Shown: positions 6,532-16,945 of the stretch, piece by piece
Layout: each line of letters opens with the position of its first letter
Position numbering within the stretch: position 1 is the stretch's first letter
From: a virus
Length of the DNA stretch: 64,000 bases
Direction: 5' to 3' (one strand)
Virus record (IMG/VR): IMGVR_UViG_3300017963_000273
Span: 3,987 to 67,986 of that record
Made by a program: the position numbers and the translations under genes
Notes under the pieces: generated by a model
The model's input: the letters and a program-made list of their open reading frames with translations, nothing else
Told to the model about the DNA's origin: nothing
The model's database searches: none

Positions 6532-7593
6532 TTATAAAGAACTGATATCAGGTGGGAAACCTGGTAAAACAAATTGTAAAAATTCACAAAATGTTAATTG
6601 TCCTGTTTCAGAATTAAGTGGTGCTGGCCAGCCAGGCCATCCTGGTAAATCACTAAAAAATTCTGCCGCATAAGCTATCCAATCCAGTAATTCTTTAAAC
6701 GGTGCAAATATAGCTGCCATAAACGCAACAGCTAAACGCCTTGCTAAATCAGCAGTTCTAATTAATAAACCAACTGCTCTATCGGGAACTGTATCAATAT
6801 CTTTAATTTTAACATTAAGAATTGGAATTGTAATTTCACCAATCGCAGTATAAATAGCTTCTATATTATCTCCTAAAGTATCAAAAATTCCATCAATTGT
6901 ATTACTAATACTTGTCCAAATATCTTGTAATGTAGGAGGATCGTCAAGTCCTAAAGCATCCCAGATATCTTCAAACGTAGATATTAATGTACCCATTATA
7001 TCAAAAATCGGTTGTAAAAGAGTATTAGCAGTTTGAGTCATTAAACTAGTAAACCACTCAACTACCTTAACATCTTTCATAATTGGTCCAAATGGTGGTT
7101 TAAACATCTTATCTAATGGAGACGGTAAATCAAAATCTAAATCTATTAAATCGGATAATTCTTGTTTCATTTCTCCACGTTTAGTTTCATCAAATAAATC
7201 TCCAACTGTAAAATCATCTAATGGCCAAGGTAATGGGATAGCTAGAATATCAAATGGAATAAGTAAATTAATAATTTCAGCTAATTTCACTATAAAGAAA
7301 ATTTGCATTTCATTCATTATAGCTTTCATCTTTTGTTCGATTTTAATATCAAAAGAATCTAATGAACCAAACAGTGGATCATTTGCAGATAATGGCCAAA
7401 GTCCTCCAAAAATTTCATCAAAAGTATCGATAATTGCTTGTGCTTCTTCACCAAGCCCGTTCAATACATATAATGTTTTCTTATATGCCATATCTTTAAA
7501 TGATACAACAATATCACCAATCATTGGAAAAGGATTAGCTGGACATGGAGGATTTTCTAAAATAACACCACTTGGAGGAGGAAAATCTGACAT
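6532..7593 (-). CDS. Acidic, Pro-rich hypothetical virion protein
   Basis: Between gp5 and gp25 homologues; AGGAG RBS. Confidence 0.7.
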   Translation of the reverse strand: MSDFPPPSGVILENPPCPANPFPMIGDIVVSFKDMAYKKTLYVLNGLGEEAQAIIDTFDEIFGGLWPLSANDPLFGSLDSFDIKIEQKMKAIMNEMQIFFIVKLAEIINLLIPFDILAIPLPWPLDDFTVGDLFDETKRGEMKQELSDLIDLDFDLPSPLDKMFKPPFGPIMKDVKVVEWFTSLMTQTANTLLQPIFDIMGTLISTFEDIWDALGLDDPPTLQDIWTSISNTIDGIFDTLGDNIEAIYTAIGEITIPILNVKIKDIDTVPDRAVGLLIRTADLARRLAVAFMAAIFAPFKELLDWIAYAAEFFSDLPGWPGWPAPLNSETGQLTFCEFLQFVLPGFPPDISSL

Positions 7594-7604
7594 TATAAAT
7601 CTCC

Positions 7605-8516
7605 TTAATTAACAGTAGTTGCAGGGCTTGAGATCAAGATTGAAGTTGTACCAGTCATAGAATGTGTTCCAGCTTGTTGTGTTTTTGCACCAGTAATAGT
7701 TTCAGCTTTACTAGCAGCATTTTCAGTAACAGCGCCTGTAACATTTTCAGTAACGTTTCCACCAATTGTTTCTTGAACATTAGTAGTAACGTTTGTAGTT
7801 AAATTTTGATTAAAAGTTTCTTGAACATCTTTGGCAACCTCAATTGTAAAAGTATCATTATATTTTTCATCTACTTTACCTTGAACTTGTTCATATTTAT
7901 CGCCTTCAACTTTTCTATAAAGATTACCTTTGATAGTTTCATGAACATTACCATCATATTGTGCATAACCATTTCCAGTAACTTTAATATTCGCATTACC
8001 AACAATAGTTAAATCAAAGTTTCCAGATAATTCAACTGTAGTACGTAATGGCATATTTGATTCTACAACACTTGCAGCTGCTGCATTATCAATTGTGCAA
8101 TCAGCATTATAAGAGTTACGTTGTGCTGTAGATTTTTCGTTAGATGGATCTTCATCAATTCTAATCATTACACTTTTTGTTTGTAATGTATATTGTTGAT
8201 TATGTTCAGCTATCCAACCATCACCGCCTTGACAAGCGGCAAAATAAACAGGAAACATATGATCACCTTGATTAAAGAAAACCCAAACTTCTGCACCAAC
8301 AATTGGCCAACCAGCCCAGCCTGTTTCTTCATTTCCACCATTTACACTTGCGTTACCACCAAATAATGGCATTGCAGGTTCTGCAGGTGGTAGTGCATTT
8401 GGTGTTTTTTCAAATTCTGATGGATAAACACCAGGAACAAAAATTCTACATTGTCCCCTTTTATCAGCTGTACCAACAACTCTTCCTCTAAACATTCCAT
8501 TAAAATTACTAGACAT
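7605..8516 (-). CDS. Baseplate spike, gp5/VgrG-like (OB fold plus beta-helix; no lysozyme domain)
   Basis: GRVV..RGQCRIFVPG, PIVGAEVWVFFNQGD; 8-residue VxGxxxxx repeats. Confidence 0.88.
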   Translation of the reverse strand: MSSNFNGMFRGRVVGTADKRGQCRIFVPGVYPSEFEKTPNALPPAEPAMPLFGGNASVNGGNEETGWAGWPIVGAEVWVFFNQGDHMFPVYFAACQGGDGWIAEHNQQYTLQTKSVMIRIDEDPSNEKSTAQRNSYNADCTIDNAAAASVVESNMPLRTTVELSGNFDLTIVGNANIKVTGNGYAQYDGNVHETIKGNLYRKVEGDKYEQVQGKVDEKYNDTFTIEVAKDVQETFNQNLTTNVTTNVQETIGGNVTENVTGAVTENAASKAETITGAKTQQAGTHSMTGTTSILISSPATTVN

Positions 8517-9783
8517 TTTTCCCTCTATTGGTTGACTCTTCTTTTCCTATTTGACCATAATGATCTGATCTACCTATTTGTAATACATTCTTATAAGTAT
8601 TTTTTGAAAAATTGTGATAGATACGAGTTATAAACCATACACCTAAAAATCTTTCAACTAAACGATTTTTAGGATCTACAAATAAGAAACATAAATCGCC
8701 CGCAGTTCTTTCTAATACTCCATCAGTTTCACCTTGAACAGTTTCTGAACTAACTAATAATTCTCTATATTGATCAGAATTAATAAAATTTAAACCAAGA
8801 GTTTCATATTCAATTTTTCGGCTCTCAGCAGGTACAAAGTTTGGAACAGTTTTATATTTCATTACAAAACTTTTTTCAATAGGTTTATAGAACATATCAT
8901 CAACTTTTTTCCTAGTCCATTTAACATCAGTCCATTTTCTATCTTCATAAGAAAATGTTTTTAATGTTTGCGGGGCTGCAGCATTTACCATTCTCTGAAA
9001 TCCAATATCATTAGTAAGTTTTGTATCAAGTAACATACGTCTATTATCACCAGTTGTTTTCTTAGTTGGAAAAATCAACTTATTATTAGTTTTAATTACG
9101 TGATTTTTGAAAACTTCTTTAACCGAAATTATTTCATACATATTATCAAGCGGATTATATTTAAGAAAGATAATTCCATTATCTTTATCTACCAACTTAA
9201 TTACATCATTAAATGATTGCATTAAACTATAATTAACAGGAGTTGTATAACTAGTTTTTAATGTAGTTTGAACTGTTGGTTTCTTAATATTAATATTACT
9301 CTTTTTCATCATCTCATAGATAATTTCTGTATATGATTTTTTAGCATTTGGTTCTTTATTATTAGTTGTAGAATACACTAAAAGATTATTAAAATTAAAC
9401 CAATAATGACTAACTAAATCAAGTTCAAAAGTATTAGTTTCTTTACTTAAAAGTCTAAGATCTCTTACTATAAATAAGTGTTCAAACTGAAATTCAACTT
9501 CGTGTCTATTTACTTTTTGTATAAAAATACGACAAAAGCATCTACTATCAGGAATAATTTTATGAATAAATTTGTTATCAGTATCAGTAAATTTAACAGT
9601 AGCAGTTAATAATGGAAACATTATATCAGAAATTATTTGAATATGATTAATATTATCATTTAATAATCCTTGATCATATTCTCTGTTTTTTGGTGAAGGA
9701 TCTTCAGACTTTAATCTAAAAACACTTACTTGCTGAATATAATTTTCGTTATTATATTGTTTTACAAATTCTTTATCTTTCAT
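8509..9783 (-). CDS. Baseplate hub protein (gp27-like)
   Basis: Precedes gp5; C-terminal GVWFITRIYHNF. Confidence 0.65.
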   Translation of the reverse strand: MKDKEFVKQYNNENYIQQVSVFRLKSEDPSPKNREYDQGLLNDNINHIQIISDIMFPLLTATVKFTDTDNKFIHKIIPDSRCFCRIFIQKVNRHEVEFQFEHLFIVRDLRLLSKETNTFELDLVSHYWFNFNNLLVYSTTNNKEPNAKKSYTEIIYEMMKKSNINIKKPTVQTTLKTSYTTPVNYSLMQSFNDVIKLVDKDNGIIFLKYNPLDNMYEIISVKEVFKNHVIKTNNKLIFPTKKTTGDNRRMLLDTKLTNDIGFQRMVNAAAPQTLKTFSYEDRKWTDVKWTRKKVDDMFYKPIEKSFVMKYKTVPNFVPAESRKIEYETLGLNFINSDQYRELLVSSETVQGETDGVLERTAGDLCFLFVDPKNRLVERFLGVWFITRIYHNFSKNTYKNVLQIGRSDHYGQIGKEESTNRGKNV

Positions 9784-9786
9784 ATT

Positions 9787-10155
9787 TTAACTCAATTTAA
9801 GTTGTTCAAGTAAATTCGGTATAAAACTTTCTCTTAATAGTAGGATATTTTCACCAACTGTTGGTTCAACTGTTGGATCAGCTATTCCATTTGATTTACA
9901 TACTAGCCACCATAATCTAGTATTTCCATAATATTCATGTGCTATAGTTGTCCAAGTATCACCAAATCTAACTCTATATGTAGCAAATTGTGCTTTTGAA
10001 TGATTATCAAGACCAACAAAGTTAACGGTTCTATTAATGTTATGTGTTAAATATGAACTGCCTAATTTTGGTTCATCATAAATATAAAACAAATTTGCTA
10101 AATCAGTAGAAGCAAGTTTTTCTCTTAATTCTTCATATTCAAAATGTTTTTTCAT
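9787..10155 (-). CDS. Baseplate wedge gp53/LysM-like protein
   Basis: YRVRFGDTWTTIAHEYYGNTRLWWLVCKSNGIADP. Confidence 0.85.
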   Translation of the reverse strand: MKKHFEYEELREKLASTDLANLFYIYDEPKLGSSYLTHNINRTVNFVGLDNHSKAQFATYRVRFGDTWTTIAHEYYGNTRLWWLVCKSNGIADPTVEPTVGENILLLRESFIPNLLEQLKLS

Positions 10156-11387
10156 TATTTTCCCTTACCTGCTGAATCTGATGTTCTTTTTACATTAAGT
10201 GCTGTTGCAGTATTAAAATTACGTTCTTGTCGCTTTCTTCCTGGGTAATTTCTAGATACATTAATTTGCTGATCTTGATTTAATAAAAAATCAATTTGTG
10301 TATTAAAGTTATTTGGTACTAACGAATTAAAACTTATAACAACTTTATAAGCATCAGGATACATTGTATTCGAATCTAAATCAATTTTTGATCCTGGAAT
10401 AGTTGTAGTTCCTTCAAGTATTTTTCTTCTATTTCCAACATGTTCAACAGTAATATGCATTGACGCATACATAATTGTTGCAACCCCAGGTATAAATACT
10501 CTATATAAGTTTGGTGGTTGTTGTTTCCACCCAACTTGAATCCAGTATGCACCACCGGCTAAATCATATAAATATCTTAAATTTTTTAATAAGTTTGTTT
10601 TAGTGTCATTATATAAATGAAATGTTGTTGAAAGTTCAATTCTTGCATCATTTTTATTTTCCCATTCAGGAATTATAGGAACTTCTGATGGGAATGATTG
10701 GTCAATAATTTTCTTTAATGTCGATAAAATATCAATTGATGTTTTAAATTCACCCTTTTGACTCCATCCACTATGTCCATCAGCATTAATAAACCATTCA
10801 TCAGTTAAAGGCATTTCATAAGATGATAAATATAAACCTTCAAAAAATTCTCTATAAAGACGAAGAGGAGCATTTAAAATTGCTTCTTGTTGTTCTTTAT
10901 CATCTTGTGGAACAAATAATTCATTTCCTATACTGCTAACTGATAAATCACTACCATCACCTTCAACAAAAATATCTAAAAGTTTTTGTGCTGCTGATTT
11001 TACAAATTTTGAACTTCCAGCAACATTTTTAACAACACGAGCTGTATTATTATATGCGCCTTGAGCAGATAATTTAAAAGATTTTAGCTTTTGTTGCCAT
11101 TTAAATAAAAGATCAGGTTGAAATTCATAAATAATCATTTTTGGAACAGTGGTACGATTATTTATTGATCCTTCACTATATCTTGGTTGAGCATTACTAA
11201 AATTAATATCTGATAATTTATAATGTTGTTTAGTTCTATTATCTAACCCACCAGTTGCTTTAAATTTATCATTTTCTTGTTGACCATATTGTCCAACACT
11301 ACGAAGATCTCGATAATTTAATTTAGTATCATTATTATTATCAGCAGTGTTGGTATTTGGTGCAGTTGATTTTTCAGGCGATCCCAT
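10155..11387 (-). CDS. Putative baseplate/tube-cap protein (gp48-like position)
   Basis: Synteny; PPNLYRVFIPG and YPDAYKVVISF tube-fold-like strands. Confidence 0.5.
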   Translation of the reverse strand: MGSPEKSTAPNTNTADNNNDTKLNYRDLRSVGQYGQQENDKFKATGGLDNRTKQHYKLSDINFSNAQPRYSEGSINNRTTVPKMIIYEFQPDLLFKWQQKLKSFKLSAQGAYNNTARVVKNVAGSSKFVKSAAQKLLDIFVEGDGSDLSVSSIGNELFVPQDDKEQQEAILNAPLRLYREFFEGLYLSSYEMPLTDEWFINADGHSGWSQKGEFKTSIDILSTLKKIIDQSFPSEVPIIPEWENKNDARIELSTTFHLYNDTKTNLLKNLRYLYDLAGGAYWIQVGWKQQPPNLYRVFIPGVATIMYASMHITVEHVGNRRKILEGTTTIPGSKIDLDSNTMYPDAYKVVISFNSLVPNNFNTQIDFLLNQDQQINVSRNYPGRKRQERNFNTATALNVKRTSDSAGKGK

Positions 11388-13402
11388 TATTTAACCTCCG
11401 TCATAATTGAATTCATAAATGGACGTTCATTAGTTTTTGCATAAACAACTTGTTTAACAATTGCTTGCGGTGTTTGATTTTTAGCAACAGCATTACCAAT
11501 TAGATTTGCAAATGTATACATATCTGCCGATTGCCAAGGACCAAAAGATTGACCTTCAGAGCGTGCTTTAAGCTCTTTTAAGAATGTAGATGTCAAGTTT
11601 GCTTCAAAGTATTTCATAGTATCGTCATCGGATAAACCAGATAATAAACTTTGATTCCATTCCATTTGTTCAGCTTCATTCATCAACCTTTCAGCATCGA
11701 CTCTAGCTTTATCTATTCCCTGTTGTATTTTTGCATGAGATTTAGCTCTTTTTGCTTGTTTTTCTTGTTTTTCTTTATCAAGTATACGTTGTAAATTTTC
11801 AGCAAACATTTTATCTTCAGCTGATTGCATTGATTGATCACGTCGTCGATCTTTTAAACGTACATACATTTGAGAAGCTTTTTGCATCTCAATAAGAGCT
11901 AATCTAGCAGAAGTACTTCTTGCATCACCTATATCTTCATTACCAATATAATCAGCATCAGGAAATATCATTATTCCATCTTTACTTACAGCACGTATTC
12001 CTTCTGACGTTATTGCAACACCCTTAGATGTATCTGCCATAGCTGATATAAATTCTTTATAAGCTTTACCAGCGGGTAATTTTGCATATTTAGCTGCTAA
12101 TTCTGATTGTTTATTTGGATCATGAGAAGCTTCAGCTTTAGCACGTGTTTCTGCTAATTGACTTACAAAATCTTTTTCTAATCTTTCAAGTTCAGTTTTT
12201 CTTCTTTCAGCAATTGATAAATTTTTATTTTTTAGCTTATCTTCTATTTTTTTAATTCCAGTTTCAGCTCTAGCACTTTGACGACCAGCTCTAGCAGCGT
12301 TTGCTGCTAGTTCATCTCTATCTTCCATATATTCAACAATTTTATTACCAAGAAATTCACCAGCTTTAAATGCTAAAACAGCTGTTCCAACAACTGCTGC
12401 AACTTTTAAAAGTAATGGACTTAATGCAGTAAGAACTTTTAATAATTGCGGTGCAAATCCCTTCATAACACCACCAATAATTGTTCCAACACTACCTAAT
12501 ATTGTATTTACTAAACCAGAAAAAATATTATGATTACCTTTTTTAAATTCTTTTCTCCAACCGTCAAATATTCCACCAGGACTAAATGTTAAACCAAGAA
12601 TTTTCGAAATTTCTGTTAACGCATCAGTATTTTGTACTTCACGTTCTTCCTGTTCTTCTTGTTCTCTTTCAGCTTCTGTTGCTTGACGTTCTTCTTCATC
12701 AGCAGATGTTGTTGAAGAATAAGGTACTAAACCACGTTGTTTTATACGCTGTCTTCTACCACGCTTTCCTTCACGATGTCGCGCTGCTGCTTTTGCAGCC
12801 ATATCTTTATCACGTTTTTCTTTTTCTTCTGATTTTTCATGTTCTGCTTTTTCTTTTGCTTCTTCAGCTTCTTGTTCTCGCCACTTTTTTTCAGCATATT
12901 CATATAAATCAGATTTAAATTTTCTACGAACTTTAGGATCTTTATTTTCACGTAAAAATCTAAGCATTTCAGCCAGACCTTTTTCATCAGCAATTTGCTG
13001 AGCACGATCTTTAAGTTCTGCATCTTTAAGTTTATTTAAATCTTCTGAAATACGTTGAAGTGGACCAAGTTTTTTAAGTTGATTTTCGTAATGTTTATCA
13101 AGTAATGCACCAACTTTATCACCAAAAACTTTACCAAGTGCCATTCCCGCAGCTTGAAGTTCTTTATCCTGATTACGACTAAATTTAGTTGATCTAGATT
13201 CACCAACACCGAATAATTTTTTAGATGCTTGAGAGAAAAATGAGTCGGACGATTTACCACCTAGAGTTTCATTAAGTTCAAAAATAGTATGTTCTAATTT
13301 TTCAACAGCTTCAGACATTTTCTGAGCTTCTTCAAACCACTCTTGGCCACGACGATCATTTAATCCATCATTGCTTTTTCTAAAATTTGAATTATCAGCC
13401 AT
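11387..13402 (-). CDS. Putative tape measure protein (gp29-like)
   Basis: Long helical/coiled-coil protein with a central hydrophobic segment, following gp26/gp51-like genes. Confidence 0.6.
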   Translation of the reverse strand: MADNSNFRKSNDGLNDRRGQEWFEEAQKMSEAVEKLEHTIFELNETLGGKSSDSFFSQASKKLFGVGESRSTKFSRNQDKELQAAGMALGKVFGDKVGALLDKHYENQLKKLGPLQRISEDLNKLKDAELKDRAQQIADEKGLAEMLRFLRENKDPKVRRKFKSDLYEYAEKKWREQEAEEAKEKAEHEKSEEKEKRDKDMAAKAAARHREGKRGRRQRIKQRGLVPYSSTTSADEEERQATEAEREQEEQEEREVQNTDALTEISKILGLTFSPGGIFDGWRKEFKKGNHNIFSGLVNTILGSVGTIIGGVMKGFAPQLLKVLTALSPLLLKVAAVVGTAVLAFKAGEFLGNKIVEYMEDRDELAANAARAGRQSARAETGIKKIEDKLKNKNLSIAERRKTELERLEKDFVSQLAETRAKAEASHDPNKQSELAAKYAKLPAGKAYKEFISAMADTSKGVAITSEGIRAVSKDGIMIFPDADYIGNEDIGDARSTSARLALIEMQKASQMYVRLKDRRRDQSMQSAEDKMFAENLQRILDKEKQEKQAKRAKSHAKIQQGIDKARVDAERLMNEAEQMEWNQSLLSGLSDDDTMKYFEANLTSTFLKELKARSEGQSFGPWQSADMYTFANLIGNAVAKNQTPQAIVKQVVYAKTNERPFMNSIMTEVK

Positions 13403-13616
13403 TTTCTATTCCATAAAATTTTTCATAAGAAACAGCAGGTAGTTCTGGTGTTTCTTGCTTTGGCGTTTCTTTCGGTGTTAATTTATCTTGAATACGTAAT
13501 GTCATTACAGTTAATTCAGAATAATCCATTTGTAAAATATCTATAAACGAGTTACTTGTTTTTACTGTGAGAAACATTTCATACTCCATTATTTGTTGGA
13601 GCAACTCAATGAACAT
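13395..13616 (-). CDS. Small baseplate hub assembly protein (gp51-like)
   Basis: Size and position right after the gp26-like gene. Confidence 0.5.
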   Translation of the reverse strand: MFIELLQQIMEYEMFLTVKTSNSFIDILQMDYSELTVMTLRIQDKLTPKETPKQETPELPAVSYEKFYGIENG

Positions 13617-13621
13617 GCTCC

Positions 13622-14440
13622 TCAGATCACGAAAAAATCTTCGATGCTCGGATCATATGTATTTTCAATATTACAACCAGGACAATTGGTTGAATTTCGC
13701 ATTTTTCTAGTTATATCTAGATCTTTATTTTTAACGATAGTATTAGTTATTTTTTCAAATAATGCAGCAGGTAGTTCATTTAAAAATATATCACGATCAG
13801 AAATACTTAATTGATTAAATCCTTCAATTTCTTGATCATTAATCTTAATATTCTTAACAAATAACATTGGAGAATAGCTAGCAAAATAAAGTTCAACTTT
13901 TAATTTTTCTTCATCAGATGCATCTTTTTGTTCTAATTCTTTATTTGTATTTGCAATATATTGTCTAAATTTACAAAGTATATCAATTGAAGGTAAATTA
14001 AGTTCAATTTCATAATTAACATCATCATCAGTAAATTTAAGAAATTCTGATTTTGGTGATATACTTAATTTTTTAATCATATTTTCATAATCTAAATTAA
14101 CACTGTATTGTGATCCACATTCCCTGCATGTAATTTTATAAACATCATCAGACATTTGATTATTAACTTTAATATCTAGAATCAATTTAATTCGATCTAA
14201 ATCAGTTAAAATTTTTGGATCTAAATCTTCAGTACAAACATCTAAAATTAAAGCTGTTGCTGCCATCATAAAATTTTCATCATTTTCATCAATAGCAATT
14301 TTTGATACTGATTTAAGTTCTGCTACTGTAACTGGTTTGAACATACATTCTCTATCTAAACTTGGTACATAGCATGAATATCTATGTGATCCTTTTTTCT
14401 CTCTAAGCATTTCTAATGCTTGGTTTACATTCATACTCAT
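13622..14440 (-). CDS. Baseplate hub assembly protein, gp26-like
   Basis: VPS..FKPVTVAELK, LTDLD..L, CREC and CPGC motifs, ending IEDFF. Confidence 0.85.
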   Translation of the reverse strand: MSMNVNQALEMLREKKGSHRYSCYVPSLDRECMFKPVTVAELKSVSKIAIDENDENFMMAATALILDVCTEDLDPKILTDLDRIKLILDIKVNNQMSDDVYKITCRECGSQYSVNLDYENMIKKLSISPKSEFLKFTDDDVNYEIELNLPSIDILCKFRQYIANTNKELEQKDASDEEKLKVELYFASYSPMLFVKNIKINDQEIEGFNQLSISDRDIFLNELPAALFEKITNTIVKNKDLDITRKMRNSTNCPGCNIENTYDPSIEDFFVI

Positions 14441-14450
14441 AAATTATCTC

Positions 14451-15644
14451 CTAAGATAACATTGTTTGTTGTGGTCCAAATTCACTGAAATTTGGATTTA
14501 TATCTATACTTTGAAGACCACTATTATTACTAGCATTATCTGGAGTAGTAATAGGATCATTACGTCTAATAATTTTCATATAATTAAAATTAAATCTAAC
14601 ATCTCTAGCGTTAACATTAATATCGTCATAACTAGCATCAAGTAAAGCTATATTTTGAGGAAAACAATCAACAAAACGATATGTTAAAATATTACTTCTA
14701 AAACCTTGATCAAAAAAGTCTATATCTATTTCAGCTTTCATAAAAGGTTTTTCAGTATAACAATATGTATCATGTGCAGTTTGTTTAATCCATTCTAACA
14801 TTAAAGATTCATGAACTGAATATTCTGATGATAAAAATCCAATAATCAATGCATTATCTGATGGTATAACTGTTGTTCCTGGTAATGACATATGACCAAA
14901 TTCATTTTTAAGCGAACTTGTTTCAGTTTGTATTTGCGGAATTTCAGCTCTTCTTGATAGCATCTGAATTGTTTTTTGTCCAGGTAACGCAAAAGTTTTA
15001 ATTAAGTTATTAAGCTCACCATTTTCATAACTATAAACGTGAGATGTGTCTGCTAATAATTTATCGTCAAACTTAATTGTGACCATAAAATAATACTTAT
15101 GCATTAATTTAAAAACAGGATTATTTGATGCGATTGCTCTATAAAAATTGATTAATTTAGGAAAATCAGCAGCACCGGGTGGTGTAGAAATAATTGTACC
15201 TAATTTAGGTACAGGAATTGTTGGTGATTTTCTTATATCATCACGTTCTTTAAGAAATTTTGATACAGTCGCTTGATTTTTTGCATAATCGGTCGTCTTA
15301 AAACCATTTTGAATTGAATCATATGATCCTTTTTCAAGTAAATTATCTACAGTGCTACTAATATATTGCTCAAAATTTAAATTTCTTTGAGCAAATGCTT
15401 TTGCATCACTAGATGCATCTCTACCTAAATTAACTAAGGTGTTAATAGCATCTTGTTTGATTTTATTACCGAAGTTTTTTGCGTAATCTTTGGCCGCATC
15501 AACAATCCTTGTTTTTAAGCCACCTAACATCTCTTGGCGAGCCTCATATTCAAGAGTTCCATCATCTTGTCTCTCTAGAATATCAGTAGCTTTATTAATA
15601 AGGGTAGCTGATGCACCATCAACAATGAGATCAGCTAAAGCCAT
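14451..15644 (-). CDS. Tail-tube initiator, gp54/gp19-fold protein
   Basis: C-terminal tube fold (AEIP..W..YRFVDCFPQNI..VRFNF); adjacent to gp19. Confidence 0.6.
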   Translation of the reverse strand: MALADLIVDGASATLINKATDILERQDDGTLEYEARQEMLGGLKTRIVDAAKDYAKNFGNKIKQDAINTLVNLGRDASSDAKAFAQRNLNFEQYISSTVDNLLEKGSYDSIQNGFKTTDYAKNQATVSKFLKERDDIRKSPTIPVPKLGTIISTPPGAADFPKLINFYRAIASNNPVFKLMHKYYFMVTIKFDDKLLADTSHVYSYENGELNNLIKTFALPGQKTIQMLSRRAEIPQIQTETSSLKNEFGHMSLPGTTVIPSDNALIIGFLSSEYSVHESLMLEWIKQTAHDTYCYTEKPFMKAEIDIDFFDQGFRSNILTYRFVDCFPQNIALLDASYDDINVNARDVRFNFNYMKIIRRNDPITTPDNASNNSGLQSIDINPNFSEFGPQQTMLS

Positions 15645-15659
15645 AATTACTTCCCCTTA

Positions 15660-16220
15660 TTAAAGTTCAACAGCAGTTTCGTTGGTTTTCCAATATTGGA
15701 ATTTAAATGTTACAGGAAGTGTTGCAATTCCTGGAGCTGCATTAGTAAATGCAACATTACCAACATCAAGTGGATAAAGACCAATTAATTCGTATGAATG
15801 TGTTCTTGTATCCATTCTATCGTTGAAAAGATCAAGAATAGCTTTTGCTTCAGTAGGTGTTTTAATACCACCACCAGCTGAACCAGCTTCAATAGCAGGA
15901 TCACTAATAACACCTTTCCAGAAGAGAAGAGCTTCTCTGATAGACATGTCAGCATCACAGTTAATTGTGAGTGCCATCTGATTAGTCATTGTAAAATTAG
16001 TAGGAACATTGAACGGATAACCAAGATATGGAATATCCTGGAAATTTTGTTGACGACCAGGAAGTTCTGTACCTTGTGCCCACATTGTAATATTCTCTAA
16101 TATTTCATCAACTTTTGCAATACCAGTACCAAGGATTTGAAGTTGGTATTGGTGCTGAAGTTTTACGCCTTTTTGTTTTAATTCAGCATAAAATTCATTA
16201 AGATTTTTTGGATAAGCCAT
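15660..16220 (-). CDS. Tail tube protein, gp19-like
   Basis: ELPGR, YELIGLYPLDVG, VTFKFQYW; late promoter upstream. Confidence 0.88.
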   Translation of the reverse strand: MAYPKNLNEFYAELKQKGVKLQHQYQLQILGTGIAKVDEILENITMWAQGTELPGRQQNFQDIPYLGYPFNVPTNFTMTNQMALTINCDADMSIREALLFWKGVISDPAIEAGSAGGGIKTPTEAKAILDLFNDRMDTRTHSYELIGLYPLDVGNVAFTNAAPGIATLPVTFKFQYWKTNETAVEL

Positions 16221-16251
16221 AATGTTACTCCTTAAAAATATTCATCATCAT

Positions 16252-16259
16252 TATTTATA
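16252..16259 (-). promoter_or_regulatory. T4-type late promoter TATAAATA
   Basis: Exact consensus upstream of tail tube; further copies at 328, 4907, 6529, 21379, 23781, 42731, 47325 (-) and 36060, 47376, 48964, 54221 (+). Confidence 0.85.
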
Positions 16260-16293
16260 GTTCTGAGAATATTTTTAGAATTTACAGCTTATT

Positions 16294-16716
16294 TCAAAAT
16301 TTAGACCTTATAAGAAAGTCTTTGGAAGATACTCTATCATCTTTAATAACATTAATAGAAGTGCTTTTAACAATACCTTGATAAATTGGAGAATATTCTT
16401 CAGAGAATTCTAGAATACCTTGTTCTAAAAGTTCTTCAGCCAACTTAATTATCGTTTCTCGTTCAAGATAACTATCAGCTTCTTGTTTATAATGATCGTT
16501 ACCATACTTATAAGAAAAATCATTATCAGTACAAAGTACTTCACATTTAATTGTACAAAGATGTTCACGTATTACAGACATAGCTGTATCAACCATGATA
16601 GGATCACCAAGATATTTCAATAAATCATTTTTTAATTTTTGCATTTTTCTTAGTTTTAGGTTTTGTGATATATTTGATATAAGTATTATTATCTTGAGGT
16701 ATAGAAACTGTGGCAA
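16294..16716 (-). CDS. Hypothetical protein (true start likely near 16596-16642)
   Basis: ORF; the 5' part overlaps the gp62-like gene. Confidence 0.55.
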   Translation of the reverse strand: MPQFLYLKIIILISNISQNLKLRKMQKLKNDLLKYLGDPIMVDTAMSVIREHLCTIKCEVLCTDNDFSYKYGNDHYKQEADSYLERETIIKLAEELLEQGILEFSEEYSPIYQGIVKSTSINVIKDDRVSSKDFLIRSKF

Positions 16717-16945
16717 GTTTATACATTTCTTCAGCAGATAATGTACATTGGTATCTATTGAGCTTGGACGCAGTATTTACATACTCTTCCATTGCCTGAT
16801 TTTTAGTTTTTCCTTTACGAGAATCTTTCATACTAATCCATCTAATTAACATAAAAGTATCCCACTGGGAACGAAACGCGGGGTCCTCATCAAGGACCCC
16901 TGATTTGAAGCGTATGACATCTTTAAGATAGTCAAAAATTGTCAT
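16625..16945 (-). CDS. Clamp-loader small subunit, gp62-like
   Basis: IFDYL..FMLIRWISM..LNRY..YIKYI pattern. Confidence 0.65.
   Translation of the reverse strand: MTIFDYLKDVIRFKSGVLDEDPAFRSQWDTFMLIRWISMKDSRKGKTKNQAMEEYVNTASKLNRYQCTLSAEEMYKLATVSIPQDNNTYIKYITKPKTKKNAKIKK

Noticed and set aside
12586-13260. Alternative-frame and antisense ORFs within long genes (also in the sheath, terminase and LamG genes)
   Set aside because: Shadow ORFs produced by codon bias; no RBS or recognisable motifs.
16880-16900. 8-bp GC hairpin inside the gp62-like gene as a SECIS/recoding signal for the Hint ORF's TGA
   Set aside because: It is about 40 nt from the stop, with no slippery site or meaningful extension; function unsupported.
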